64,000 nucleotides of DNA from Convolutriloba macropyga (lineage: Eukaryota): NCBI RefSeq assembly GCF_964194025.1, contig NC_134471.1, positions 25,358,001 through 25,422,000 of the forward strand, written 5' to 3'. This document shows positions 50,623-62,112 of this stretch, piece after piece (within the stretch, counting starts at the first letter, position 1; every line of letters starts with the position of its first letter). The notes beneath the pieces are model-generated. The model was not told where the DNA came from. It saw only the letters and a program-made list of their open reading frames with translations, and did not search any database. Made by a program: the position numbers and the translations under genes.

Positions 50623-51824
50623 TTTCGTATTTCAATAATAACAACTATGTTTCAGGACAATCTTCTACTGATGTGGCTCTTCTAAGTGTTTCAACTGGTT
50701 CTATTTGGTCTTCTGGTGTTTATTTGTTCATTTATGTGCGTTACTCGGGCTTCTAGTTCTAGCTTTCTCAATATGGCACTTGTTTATGTGATGTTTACTC
50801 ATTTCAGGTGTACTCTACTTTTGGGTCATGTGTGCTAATGTGTGTATTTATTGATATTACTACTAAATATGGAGTTTAAACATGTTAAAGTGTAGTTATG
50901 TGGTTGAATGGTGGGTGTGTGATGATGGGGATAGTGGTTGGGGGGTCGAATTGTGCAGTGTTTACATGTTTTTTCGAGTTTTTTCAGATTATATTGCCCC
51001 CAATATTGCACCATGTGCTTTAATATCACTGTTTTTGCCCTAACTATTGGATGTTGTACGAATGGGACCAGGTTTGTCGGAAGGAACGCTGTTCACTGGT
51101 CAAGATTGATTCATCCAAAGTGTAATATGACGGCAGTAGATAATATATTTATTGACAAGGAGAGTGGTGGTGGGAGTGAGTGGTGGATTATTATTATATT
51201 AGTAATCTTTTTATTATTATCATTAGTATCTGTGTTGTTGTGAGTGTGGGCAAATCGGAGGAGGAAAAGGAGGAAGTGAAAAGATCAGAGGAAGCTGTCG
51301 GGGAAGATTCAGTGTGACTTATTATTTATTTTTATTATAATTAATTATATTAATTGTTGTAATATTGTGTAATATTAATATTAATATGACTGCATAGGGA
51401 CTATTGGAACTGACTTTTATATTGTAGTTGTAGGTGTAATATTGACTGGTGCTACTAATATACTTCTCACATGGTGCTAGTAATATGGTAGTAATTAGTA
51501 TATGTCAAATTTGTTTTGTGAGGGAATAAGCGCGTAAGTAGGGGATAAAAGGAAGAATTTGGAGGTAAAAGAATAAGTAAATATTAGTGAAGGGTGTAAT
51601 TTTGTGTTCAGAGCGGCGTTGTGTGTTTTGCGGCATGTGTTTTTAGCGATTAGTGACCGTAGTGGCATGGTATTTAAACGACCTTGGCATTTATTGCATA
51701 ATTTGTGCTGTTTGTGTGTTTTCATTCCTGTGATTGTTCATTTTTGACTTAACACTTTAACTTTCTGCTTGCTTAATAACTAGTTTGGCTCAATATTTGA
51801 ATTTTCAGATAGTTATTGCTAGTC

Positions 51825-53307
51825 ATGGATGTTGCCCAGTATGAGGATTTTCTGACTTTCTTGCGGAGCAAGTCGTTGTCTCAATCGGAATGGATGTATC
51901 CATCATTTGTTCGGACATCTGAGGAGCGACGAGCTTATCGGGACAAAGCGGAGCACATGGTACTGGGAACAAAGAATGTGGGGACTTCAGAGTTGGCTGT
52001 AAATCGGGAGGTGTTGATGTATAAGGTGGAAGTGAAGGTGGGTAGCGAAACGCAAGTTCAGGAGAAGGAAATTCCAACTCAGCAGATGGTGTCTCAGGAG
52101 TTGGCTTCGCTTCATGTCGGGTTCAGTGCTTCTGCAAAGCACATTATTCGTGTGAGGTCACAGGTCGATCGTCTGAAAGCTGCTAGGTTCTTCTTTCCAC
52201 GGTCGATGGGTGGATTGGAGGCCGCTGTTGAGAGGTAATTGCATATGTTTATAATATTCATTTATATTTCTATTTGTTTTTCTTTAGTTTGTTACATGTA
52301 TTATTAATTGTGGTGTGGTGTATGCTAATTGTTTAGAGCACGTCGTGAATGTGTGTCAAGTTTCGTGAAGAAGATGCACGGCAAAGAGGTGCATCGCACT
52401 TTTTTCCGTGCAAATCTTCGTGCAAACTTGTGTGCCGAATTGGGGTACGAGTTTACAATGACATTTATGCTGAGTATGTGGACGTAGTGTCATTTAAAAC
52501 TCCAAAGTTGCCTGGTGCGGCTGGTGTGAGGGCCGAAGTTGGTGGTCTGTTTGCTCTCAGTGCTCTGTACTACACTTTAACTGGTCGGAAGTCAGGTATT
52601 TGTTGTATTTTATCGCAGTTTTCAGGAAGTTTAGGGCTTTAATTCACTTTTAATCGATTTATTACAGACAAGAAGGTTCCCAAGCATAATGTTCATGCTC
52701 TACGCTTGGCTATTGTGGCCAAAATGCGTTCGCCTGTGTTCTCTGAGCTTGTGAAAGACCAGTTAGGGTACTTCGTGTCGGAGTATGAGATTGCTGAGAG
52801 TGAAGATAATGGGTCGTTGGTCGAGTTCTGGGTAAATTATACCTTCAATACGTGGTAATTCTGGTATATGCATGTGTAGATATGTATGATTGGAGATTTT
52901 GCTGTTTAGTTTGTCGGTATGGCATATTTCTTCGGATGCAATGTCAATACCTATTGGCAGTATACTGAGGAAATGGGGGCGGCTGGGTGTGTTACCGGCA
53001 TTCTATCAATGCTAAGACCAGCGCTCCTGCTGTACTGATCCAGTGCATCGGGAAATTCATCAACAATGAGTATCGGTACCATTGTGAGCCAATCGTAGAC
53101 TTTCCAAAGTGAGTATTTAACTGCTTTTGTGAAGATTTATCGTGTTTTTCGTGTAAATTTGAGGCTTTTTGATCATTATAATGACATTTAAACAGGTTGG
53201 ACGATGCTGAGCGGTACGTGACTCGTTCTACTAGGACAAGGGGTCAGTCCGCTCAGAGTACTAGTGGTGGTGGTACCGTAGCTGAGGATAGCGCCGGTGA
53301 GAAATGA
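51825..53307 (+). pseudogene. Antisense spliced gene inside the Gypsy element: YPYY/H2C2 integrase-type N-terminus plus OTU-like protease domain (~381 aa reconstructed); exons 51825-52234, 52337-52595, 52668-52831, 52910-53108, 53196-53307
   Basis: Four short AT-rich GT-AG introns (102, 72, 78, 87 nt; the third is least certain); exons total 1144 nt and restore to frame with two 1-nt insertions (~52452, ~52971); motifs YP..ERRAYR..LMY..LH..H..FFP..CVSS and GGLFALSALYYTLTG..HALRLAIVAKM..E.MAYFF..W.CY..HCEPI. Confidence 0.65.
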
Positions 53308-53870
53308 CTAGTGTCGGTGCAATTGTATTCATCATGTAGTTTAGTTTCATCTATAGGTGAGTTTTTACTTATTATTTGGCAATTGTAGCTTTGATAGTTG
53401 GTTTTTACTGTTAGAACTAGGAGCTGTGGTGTGTATGAGAGTGTGGTAACATTTTAATTGCGGTATGTGACTTTAAAATGACATATTGTTGAAAGTGAGT
53501 ATTTGATGACATAACTAATGTCTGAGCATTAACCTTAATTTACTTGTAAATTATTAATCATAGACAGGTTCCAATGGTTCTAGATACTTGTCCTGGTTGT
53601 TAGCAGCACTTGTGTCTAATTTGAACTGGTTTAGAAGAGTATTTGGTACTAATTTTCACAAGTAATTTTTTCGTAATTTTGGCCATTTTTCCGCATCAGG
53701 GCTGGTGTTACATATATGTGAACTTTTCGATTTTTATTAAACTTTGGGCAAATTTTTTGGCTTAGCCCACTCAGTAGACATCGGTGGGGAATAACTATGC
53801 TATAAATTCAGGTTTTTTGGCACTTTTTGGTGAACTTTTTCACTAATGTATTAAAAACCGAAAAATGCGA

Positions 53871-56055
53871 AAAATTGAGGGCTCCAGCATCACTCAATTT
53901 TTAAATTGCTCCAATCGGACTCAAAATTGGCAGGTCGCTTCAAGGGCTCAAAAAATCCGGCAGCGCAAATATTTGGCGTAATTTGAGCATTTTTCGCAAA
54001 GTTATGACTGTTTTTGTGATCTGAACCTGGCTATTTTTGGATCATGAAATTTCGGTCTGAATAAGTCGTCACTGTTCATACATTATCGGTATTGAATGGT
54101 TAAAATGGTACTGTCTGTGCTTGGTACTAGTGTATATTACTGAATTATAGGGTTTGAAGCTATTTATCGGGTCAGAACATTGATTTTTTTTTATCCAAAA
54201 TGCTAATTTTCAGGCATGATTTTTCCACTAATTGAGCTTCTTCGAGACATGTGTCAGTCTGGTGATTCTCTAGTGGCCTAAATCAGGTGCTAATTGTTAG
54301 TACTGATATCTGTGGTTTTCAGGGGTAGCATTTTGGTAGCCTTGAAGTTGAATAACTTGTGTTTTATGCCGGTCTTTCTGTGAAATTTACTAGATTTTTA
54401 CTTGTGAAGCATCATGTTTTGTGCATAAGTTGACATAGATTGGAGAAAATTGATTTTTGACAGTAATTGTTGATCATACTAGTGAGTACTATGTTAGTAG
54501 CGACTATTGGTTGCAGTTTGGTTCATGATTTGGCTTTACTATGTGGAGTTTTTTTACTTTAGAATTTTGGGTTAAATTTGATCAGATATGTGCAATTTTC
54601 GATTTTTTTCCTTTTTTTCAACATTTATGAATTTCTATGCAATTGTATGGGTTGATTAGGCTTAGACAATTACTAGGGAGACTGAATATTGGATATGGGC
54701 TCAAAATTCGGCTATTTGATACTATTTTTCTCGTCTGAATCTGGCTCTATTTTGTCGAATTTGAGAAGAGTCTGAAAGGCTTCAGTTTTTTACTTTTATT
54801 TCAACATTTTACTGAACAATTTTCAATATTTTTGATATGGGCGTGTACAGCTTGAGCATGCGGATGTTTTAAGCTAATAATATCGGAGCTAATAACAATT
54901 TTTGATCAATATTTCGGATCTTAGGAACTTGTTCGTAAATTTTCAAAAAGTCTCCAAAATTGAGTGGCCCAGCGTCACTCAATTTTTTAAATGCTTCGAT
55001 TGAGCTCAAAAATGATGGATCGCTTTATCGGCTCAAAAAACCCTGCAGCGCAAAAATTTGGGCAGTTTCAACAATTTTTTCACTAGTTATAACGTTTTTG
55101 CTGCAGTGAACCTGGGTTTTTTGAAAAGGCTCAGATAGAGGATAGGTTATTGGCTATGAGGCTATGAAAACTTGTTCAAAATGATTGATATTGCTATGGT
55201 TGGATTGCTCATGAATAGTGCTAACTGAATTAACAATAAATTTAGGCATATTCAGGTATTAAGAAGCATTTTGATCACTTTAGTTGGAAATTATACTTAA
55301 ATTTTTGTGATTTTCGTTATGTTGGCAGTCTTTTCTCAGCTTGTATTGGCACTAGGGGCTGGAAGTGCATATTCTGAGAGTTATATTCTGAAGTGCATAT
55401 TCTGAAGTGCATATTCTGAGATGTGGGCGTGCTGGTGGTATGGTTAATTGTTGTCAGAAGTTAATAATATTGACTCTAGCTGGAAAATAACTGAATTTTT
55501 TCTGACAAAATTGTGGCAATTTCAGAGCTTATTTGGGTTTAAGTCTTCATGGTTGATACTGGGATGAAATGGGATTGGTTTTTATGGTACTACAAGGCTA
55601 GTGATGGGTTGCACTAGGGTTGTAGTGGGTATAGGTGGCTTTTATCGGTTCAGGTGGAGAATAAAATGACAAAATTTTTGAAGCGGAGGATTGAAGCAGA
55701 AGCGCAATTTTGGTTTTTTCATCATTTTTCAACATATGCTTGGAAACATTGGGTTTTAATCCTTGTCTGAGTTTGTACCATATAGGTGGCTGTTGGGAGT
55801 AGCTGCTGGAGGCATTTGTGACAGTTTTTGGCATATTTTTGGGGGTTTTTTGTGGGAGTTATCATTGAATTCGAGCGGATTCGAAAAGTGTCAAAAATTG
55901 AGGGCTCCAGCGTCACTCGATTTTTAAAGTTCTCCAAATCGCTTCGAAATTTGCATGTCGGTTCCTCGGCTTGAAAAGTGCTGCAGCGCAAAAAAATCGG
56001 GATGATCGGGGCTTTTTTCACAATTTTATTACTATTTTTCTGAAGTGAACCTAGG
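53871..56055. repeat. Three dispersed ~160-bp hairpin modules (53871-54030, 54956-55115, 55893-56055) within the Gypsy element
   Basis: Each starts AAAATTGAG..CCAGC.TCACTC.ATTTT, contains GCAGCGCAAA and ends TGAACCT. Confidence 0.8.
55362..55420. repeat. Short tandem repeat, ~4 x AAGTGCATATTCTG
   Basis: Direct reading. Confidence 0.85.
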
Positions 56056-56339
56056 ACTTCCGGAAGGGTCAATTTTAGGCTAAGTTTTTGGTACTTTAAA
56101 CGGGTCAAATGGGGTCAATAATAGCGGGAATTGCTTCTAATAGATAAGGGCTTTTCAGAACAATGGGTTAATCCAGGTTCAGACAAGTAGTTCTGGAGAT
56201 ATAACAAAATAACTAGGATTTGAGGTCATAATTTTTCGAATTTTTTGCGATTTTTGGACTTTAGGGCTAACTTGCTAAGGATTGTTGGGCTTTTGGGTCA
56301 AATGAAGGGTGCTGCTAGACTGTACTGGGTCTTTACATG

Positions 56340-56789
56340 CTAATGGATATAGATGTTTATGGGTAGAGGGTCGAAGACTTGACATATAAGCTCAAAAGTG
56401 ATGTTAAAATCCAGTTTATCATAGCCACTGGCGAGTTTTGGAAGACTTAAGTGTGAAGTTCCTGCATCTATTACTATTTCTCTCAGTTCATAGAGACTTG
56501 CTAATACGGATTTGTGTGTGGGTTTGTGGTAGTATCTAAATTTGGTGACTAAACTGAAGATATAACGTTCAGAAATGGGGTCGAAGTAAATTAAAACTGA
56601 GCCAACATCAGGTGGATATCTAAGTCTAATTGCACTTGGGGCTGCTGGGTACCAGCTTTTGACTTGTCGGGCTAATCCCTTTGTCATTGCAAGGTCTGCT
56701 GATATACAGTGTGCAAAAGAGTGTGGAGAGTATAAGATATCTGTTGGTGAACTTAGATATGTTGCATTTATTTCTTGACTAAAATGATT
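56340..56789 (-). CDS. TARG1/OARD1-type macrodomain, probably the C-terminal extension of Pol
   Basis: Frame is open upstream of the listed ORF: DILYSPHSFAHCISADLAMTKGLA...RYIFSLVTK...KPT...LSLPKLASGYDKL...VF; compare human OARD1 SLAHCISED.MGAGIA / YYLITK / MPRIGCGLDRL. Confidence 0.88.
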   Translation of the reverse strand, partial: NHFSQEINATYLSSPTDILYSPHSFAHCISADLAMTKGLARQVKSWYPAAPSAIRLRYPPDVGSVLIYFDPISERYIFSLVTKFRYYHKPTHKSVLASLYELREIVIDAGTSHLSLPKLASGYDKLDFNITFELICQVFDPLPINIYIH

Positions 56790-57109
56790 TAATTTTTTGG
56801 TTTGAAGAGCCTGGTGAAGAGTTTTTTGTTTGAGATCAGGTTACTGGTTTGTTTGCTGAACTGCTGGACTTTTTCCCTGAAAATTTTGCTATACTTGCTC
56901 TAACTTGATCTAGTTTTGTCTCTCTACTTGGTGTATTTGACTGTTTTGCTGCTTGTGCTGATGCTTTTATTGCTTCGCGTCTTTCTTCTTGTTCGTCTGG
57001 CACGTGCATTTTTTGGTCTAGGACTGCCTGATCTTCTAACTTGGTTGATTAGGTAAGGGTTTGATCTATCTTTATCATGCAACTATATTTGTCTGCTCAC
57101 TTTGAACCC

Positions 57110-59100
57110 TTAGTTATTTTTCTTCTGTTGGTATTCTGGTGATTTAAAGGCACTTATCTCTGGTTTTCGTTTAGTGTGATAAGGTCGGGCACTTATTTTT
57201 CTATCAGTTAACGCAAATTGTTCTTCGTGTGTTTCTAGAGGCGACTCACTATCGAATGGTTCTATTGACGGTGGCTGGTGAGCTGGTAGAAACATTTCGT
57301 CATCTGATGAGGATGATACGAGAGGAACACGATTTTCTGGTTCTTGCTGTCGAATTTCATCAGCAATTAGTGGATCAACCGGTATTCTTGCTATTTGATC
57401 AGCATCTAGGTTCTGGTCAGCTAGGTTTTCGTCTGAACTACTATTTTCTTCAAATAAGTTAGGAATTGCTTCATCTGAGCTTGAAGAATCAAATACTGGA
57501 AAATGTACTGGAGCTGTTCGTGGTCTAACTGCTGGTGCTACTACCCTTGGTGGGGCCGGTGGTGCTGCTGGAAGTGCTGCTAATGCTGTTCCTGCTAAGG
57601 GTTTACCTAATGGAACATTTTTAGTCACTTTTACTGGGTCCTGCTTCACTTTTGTAGCTTGTTTTATCTCCCTTTCTTGTTCCTTTATCAATTCCGGGAT
57701 ATGTTTATCGAATAGGTATGGCTCCATATGTTGTTTCCTAGATGGATCAGGTTGAAATTTTGCAGGGTTGATAGTCTCGAGGTCTTCAGGAGTTTCACTT
57801 GGTTGAATTGGTTTCAATCTTATTCGATGAACAAACTGGGTGTAATTCATATTTACTTTTCGAATGATGTAATTAGAGTCAGTAAGGGCTTTTTCCACTC
57901 TATAAAGCGGTAGCCATTTCTGAACTTGGGAAGCTATTACCATTGATTGCTCTAGTAGCTTAGGACTCAATAGTAAACAGAATGATTTTTCCGGAATCGG
58001 TTTTGCTGAAGCTTTTTGATCATAATACTTTTTGTACTTCAGGTAAGCAGTCGTTAGTTTTTCTTTGTTTTCTCCAAACTTTTGCATCATGGCGTCTTGC
58101 AGTTCATTAACAAAATCAGAATATACTGCTACTGCATCCATTACTTTTCTGGAGAACCTAATGTCAAGGGGCTTTATAGGTTCTCTGCCATGGAATAAAA
58201 TTGAAGGACAACAATTTGTCGCTGAATGATATGAAGTATTATGAATAAAAGTTGCAAGAGGAACATATTTGTACCAGTCTTTGCATTGTTCCTCAGTATT
58301 GAGCTTTAATATTCGTTTTAGTGGTCCGTGAGATTGTTCTACTGCTCCAATAGTTTGAGGGTGCTTTAGTGAAGCGTGCTTCAACTTTACTTCTAATAAA
58401 CTTGCTCATTCTGACATTAATTCTGAAGTAAAATTTGTTCCTAAGTCACTAAGTATCGTTTGAGGAATGTAGCTGTCTTGGAAGAACACCTTTACTAGTT
58501 CTCGGGATACTGTGTCAGCGTATCCATTCGTTAATGGAACTGCGAATAGGTACTTTGTGAAAACATCTATTCCACTCAGAACATACTTATATTGTGTTGA
58601 CTTTAGGGGGCCTATTAAATCAATTTGTAGCATACCTCCTGGATATGATTTTAGAGAACTGACTGGTTGTACCTTTGGTGTGATGTGGTTTTTTGGTACT
58701 CTGTTAAAATGAAGACAAGTGAGGCAGTTTTTGATGAAACTAATGAAATGTTCAGTGAAACCTGGGTAATAGAATCGCTTTCCAAATTCCTGAATTGTTG
58801 CTTTAATGCCTAAATGACCTGCTGTTTGTGAATTATGGAGCCTGTATATACTCTCTTTCCACAAAGTACTTTTCCAGTATCGCCATAAAAATTCCGGTAT
58901 GAGACATTTCCTTCAAGAATTAATCTGTTGAAATGTTTGTAATACTTTTTTAAATTGGTTGAAGCATACTTTAAGTCTAATTGTTGATTGTTTTGTTGAA
59001 TCCAGCCTATTACTGTTCTAATGTCTGCATCTTTTTGCTGCTCTTCTGTTAAATTGAGACTAATTAAGTTGTCTGTAAGGTCTGGGAATTCATCCAATGG
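57110..59100 (-). pseudogene. Gypsy integrase with a long Pro/Ala/acidic C-terminal linker (frameshifted)
   Basis: H..GHLG..CLTC, QIDLIGP, SDLGTNF, HPQTIGAVE. Confidence 0.9.
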
Positions 59101-59165
59101 ATTTGGGTACTCAATTGAATTTTATTTCTTGTTTTCTTTTAAGTTTAAATAGCCCTTGAATTTCT

Positions 59166-61055
59166 CTACTGGGAAATTAGTTTTTTGTATTCATCATAGA
59201 AGCCGAGTTTTTTAAGCACATCAAGTTCGTCACTATTAATTTCATCACTAAAGTTTTCAGTATCAAGTAATACATTCAGTTCAATATCAGGATTTTGTGC
59301 TTCTGTATCAATTTCTATTTCTTTAACTGGAATTCTATCTGTTAATTTTAAAGACATTGTTGCTGTTTTGTCATTCTCCATTCGGGAGAAGAAATCTGCG
59401 GCGTAGTTAGCGCGTCCAGGAATGTGAGCAATTACTATATTAAATGCGAGTATTCTGTCTAAACAATTCCAAAGAGATGGCGGTATTACTTTTGACTGGA
59501 AGAATTGTGTGAGGCTTTTGTTGTCAGTGAATATAATTACTTGTTTACTTGATCCCCAAATGTACTGCAAAAAGTAGTCCAGCGCGTAGTACAAAGCTAG
59601 GAACTCTTTGTAATAGATTGAAAACTTTAATTGCGTTGCATTAAACAAATGCGATCCAAACGATACGGGAGCGTATATTTTCTTTTCTTTCTTTCCAGTT
59701 TCATTTACGTAGTCTTCCACCATTAGTACAAAACCTGCACCGTGGAAATTAGCGGCACAAAGAATTACATACTGTAGGCCTGGTTTTGGCAATCGCAATG
59801 TTACATTCGTTGCTTCCATTAGATCCTTCTTTATTACTTCTAATGCTTTTACGTGTTCTTCGGTAGTTTCTATCACTGCATCCTTCTTCAGGAGCTTGTA
59901 AAATGACATTAGTGTCTCACCTAGATTAGGTATGTAATTGCGGAAGAATTGAGTGAAGCCGATTAAACGCTTTACTTGTTTTGTCGTTTTTGGCATTTTG
60001 AATTTATCAAGAAATTTCGTTATTTTTGCTTTTTCTGGTGATATTCCTTCTGCACTGATGTTATTTCCAAGGAATTTCATTGTATCTGTTGCTATTTCAC
60101 ACTTTTCGGGCGACAGTTTTAGACCGGATTGACGTATACAGATTATTATTTCTCGCAAAGAGGGTACCAATTGTTCAAAAATTGTTACTGCATTTCCGAT
60201 ATCATCCATAAACTGGGTACAATTTCCTGAAGCTAAGCATGGGTCCAAGTAATGTCTAATAAATGAGCAAAATCCAGTTACTGACTTATTCAATCCTTGT
60301 GCCAGACATTTATAGGCATAAGTTCGCGAAGCAAAGTTAAAAGCTAGCAGTTGCACTGATGCATCGTCTGCCATTTGCACGCAGTGATATGATTGAGAAC
60401 AATCAAGTTTTGTGAATAATTTTTTCCCGGCAAAGTAGTTTATTGCATCACTCCTGTTCGAAATTGGGAAATTTGTTTTCACATAATCGTTTTTCAGCAA
60501 ATGATTTACTTTTCTCAAGTCAATTAATAGTCTAAGTCTTCCTGAATTTTTCCGTTGAGCGAAAAGTGGACTACTATATCTTGATTGAGACAAAGTTGTT
60601 ATCAGTCCGTAGTATTGCATTAATGCTGGTTCTACTTGTAACTCATTTCTCAAGTGGACAGGCGTTGGAGGGCCTTGTTCGTAAATTGGTATGTTTCTTT
60701 CTGGAGTTAGATTTATTTTTAAATCTGTATTATATCCAACGTCAAATCTGTGTTTCGCAAAGATATCACTGAATTCGACTAATAGTTCACCTACTACTGC
60801 TTTTTGCTCATCATTGAGGGCTGATTTGTCCCGCGGGAATTTGCTCAAAAAGATTATTTTGTCCTGATGGTTACCCTTTGGATCTAATTTCTCCATTTCT
60901 TGCAGTTTTAGCAGTTGCTCAAAGCTTTCTCTCTGCAAGGGCGACAAATTTGTCGGATCTGGGCACGTTTCAGGCGTTGGGAACCACAATTTTTCATATT
61001 CCGGGGCCGGTTTTGCGTATCTGTGGCGTATCTGTGGCCATATTCTTTTTGGCAT
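59166..61055 (-). CDS. pol: Gypsy reverse transcriptase and RNase H
   Basis: SSPLF..RLLIDLRKVN, KLDCSQSYH, QGL, FMDD, FLG; RNase H KEFLAL..TDNKSL. Confidence 0.93.
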   Translation of the reverse strand: MPKRIWPQIRHRYAKPAPEYEKLWFPTPETCPDPTNLSPLQRESFEQLLKLQEMEKLDPKGNHQDKIIFLSKFPRDKSALNDEQKAVVGELLVEFSDIFAKHRFDVGYNTDLKINLTPERNIPIYEQGPPTPVHLRNELQVEPALMQYYGLITTLSQSRYSSPLFAQRKNSGRLRLLIDLRKVNHLLKNDYVKTNFPISNRSDAINYFAGKKLFTKLDCSQSYHCVQMADDASVQLLAFNFASRTYAYKCLAQGLNKSVTGFCSFIRHYLDPCLASGNCTQFMDDIGNAVTIFEQLVPSLREIIICIRQSGLKLSPEKCEIATDTMKFLGNNISAEGISPEKAKITKFLDKFKMPKTTKQVKRLIGFTQFFRNYIPNLGETLMSFYKLLKKDAVIETTEEHVKALEVIKKDLMEATNVTLRLPKPGLQYVILCAANFHGAGFVLMVEDYVNETGKKEKKIYAPVSFGSHLFNATQLKFSIYYKEFLALYYALDYFLQYIWGSSKQVIIFTDNKSLTQFFQSKVIPPSLWNCLDRILAFNIVIAHIPGRANYAADFFSRMENDKTATMSLKLTDRIPVKEIEIDTEAQNPDIELNVLLDTENFSDEINSDELDVLKKLGFYDEYKKLISQ

Positions 61056-61457
61056 ATCTGTGACTTGAATTAATTGATTTATTTCTGTTTAATAATTTTC
61101 ACTCATTTTTGCTACATTTATTAATTGAGGATCTACTTCTAACAACTTTTCTGCTTGATCAGACGCTAAGAACAAGAATTTGGCTATTTCTTCGCCTTTA
61201 TTTATGGTAATTGGGTGATCAGTAAAGTTCAGGACGTAGATGTAGAGAATATTATTTTCAGCAACTTTACTTAATGAAGACGTTAATATTACTTCGCTAT
61301 CATTTTCAAAGATTTCATTTGGAATTATTACCCCACAAAGGTCAGTGAAAGATTATAGTTTATCGTAAAGCTTGCATTCTAATACTGCTTGTTGATTTGG
61401 TTGTAAGACTTGTTTTTTCTGTGTATAAACTCCAAATTTTTTGCGTTTTACAACTCT

Positions 61458-61860
61458 TCAGGGTTGCTTTTCTGGCTTTATTTCATTTATTTGTAGAGTT
61501 TGATCAGGGAATTTAATGTAACTTTGTCCTGGGCAGATGCTAACTTTGTGTTTAACGAAGAAGGGGTTGCCTAATATTACAGGAGTTGTGACAATTAAAA
61601 CAAGGAAATCTTCTGTAAATGTTTGTGTGCCCAATTTAAATGTAACTTTAATTGCTTTGTCAATTTTAACTATATTTCCGTTTGCCATTTTTACTTTATC
61701 TAGATCAGGTTTTTCTATTTCTGCTATTGAATTGATATTTGTAATAATAAGCTCCTTGTAAAACTCACGACTCATCACGTTTGCAAATGCTCCTGTATCA
61801 ATTAGTGCGCGTCTTTCTAATTCTCCATTAAATTTAACTTTAACATAGGATAATGTTCTG
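61458..61860 (-). pseudogene. Gypsy aspartic protease
   Basis: RALIDTGA (DTG at ~61791-61799) and VILGNPF. Confidence 0.85.
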
Positions 61861-62112
61861 CCTAAAAGTGGGACAACACTGAATAATGTGGTGTTGGCTT
61901 TGGTGTGGATTGAGGTACTTGTGTTGGGAGTTGCACAGATTTATTCACTTTACATTTATTATTATTACTTTTGCGTTTTCTACGCTTTTTGTTACTTTTA
62001 TTGTAAACTGGCTCTATTACTTCATCTAAACTAGGGCTATACGTGCTTTCGTTATAATGTTTAACTGAGTTTTTATAATTTTTATTTGGTTTTTTAAAGT
62101 TGGGTGGCTTTA

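Noticed and set aside
50938-51243. Small membrane protein ORF (WWIIIILVIFLLLSL)
   Set aside because: The hydrophobic run comes from an (ATT)n low-complexity tract and the listed start is not ATG; not excluded, but unsupported
55598-56108. Minus-strand ORFs downstream of the macrodomain
   Set aside because: They overlap the hairpin repeat region and show no motifs; likely chance frames in strand-biased sequence
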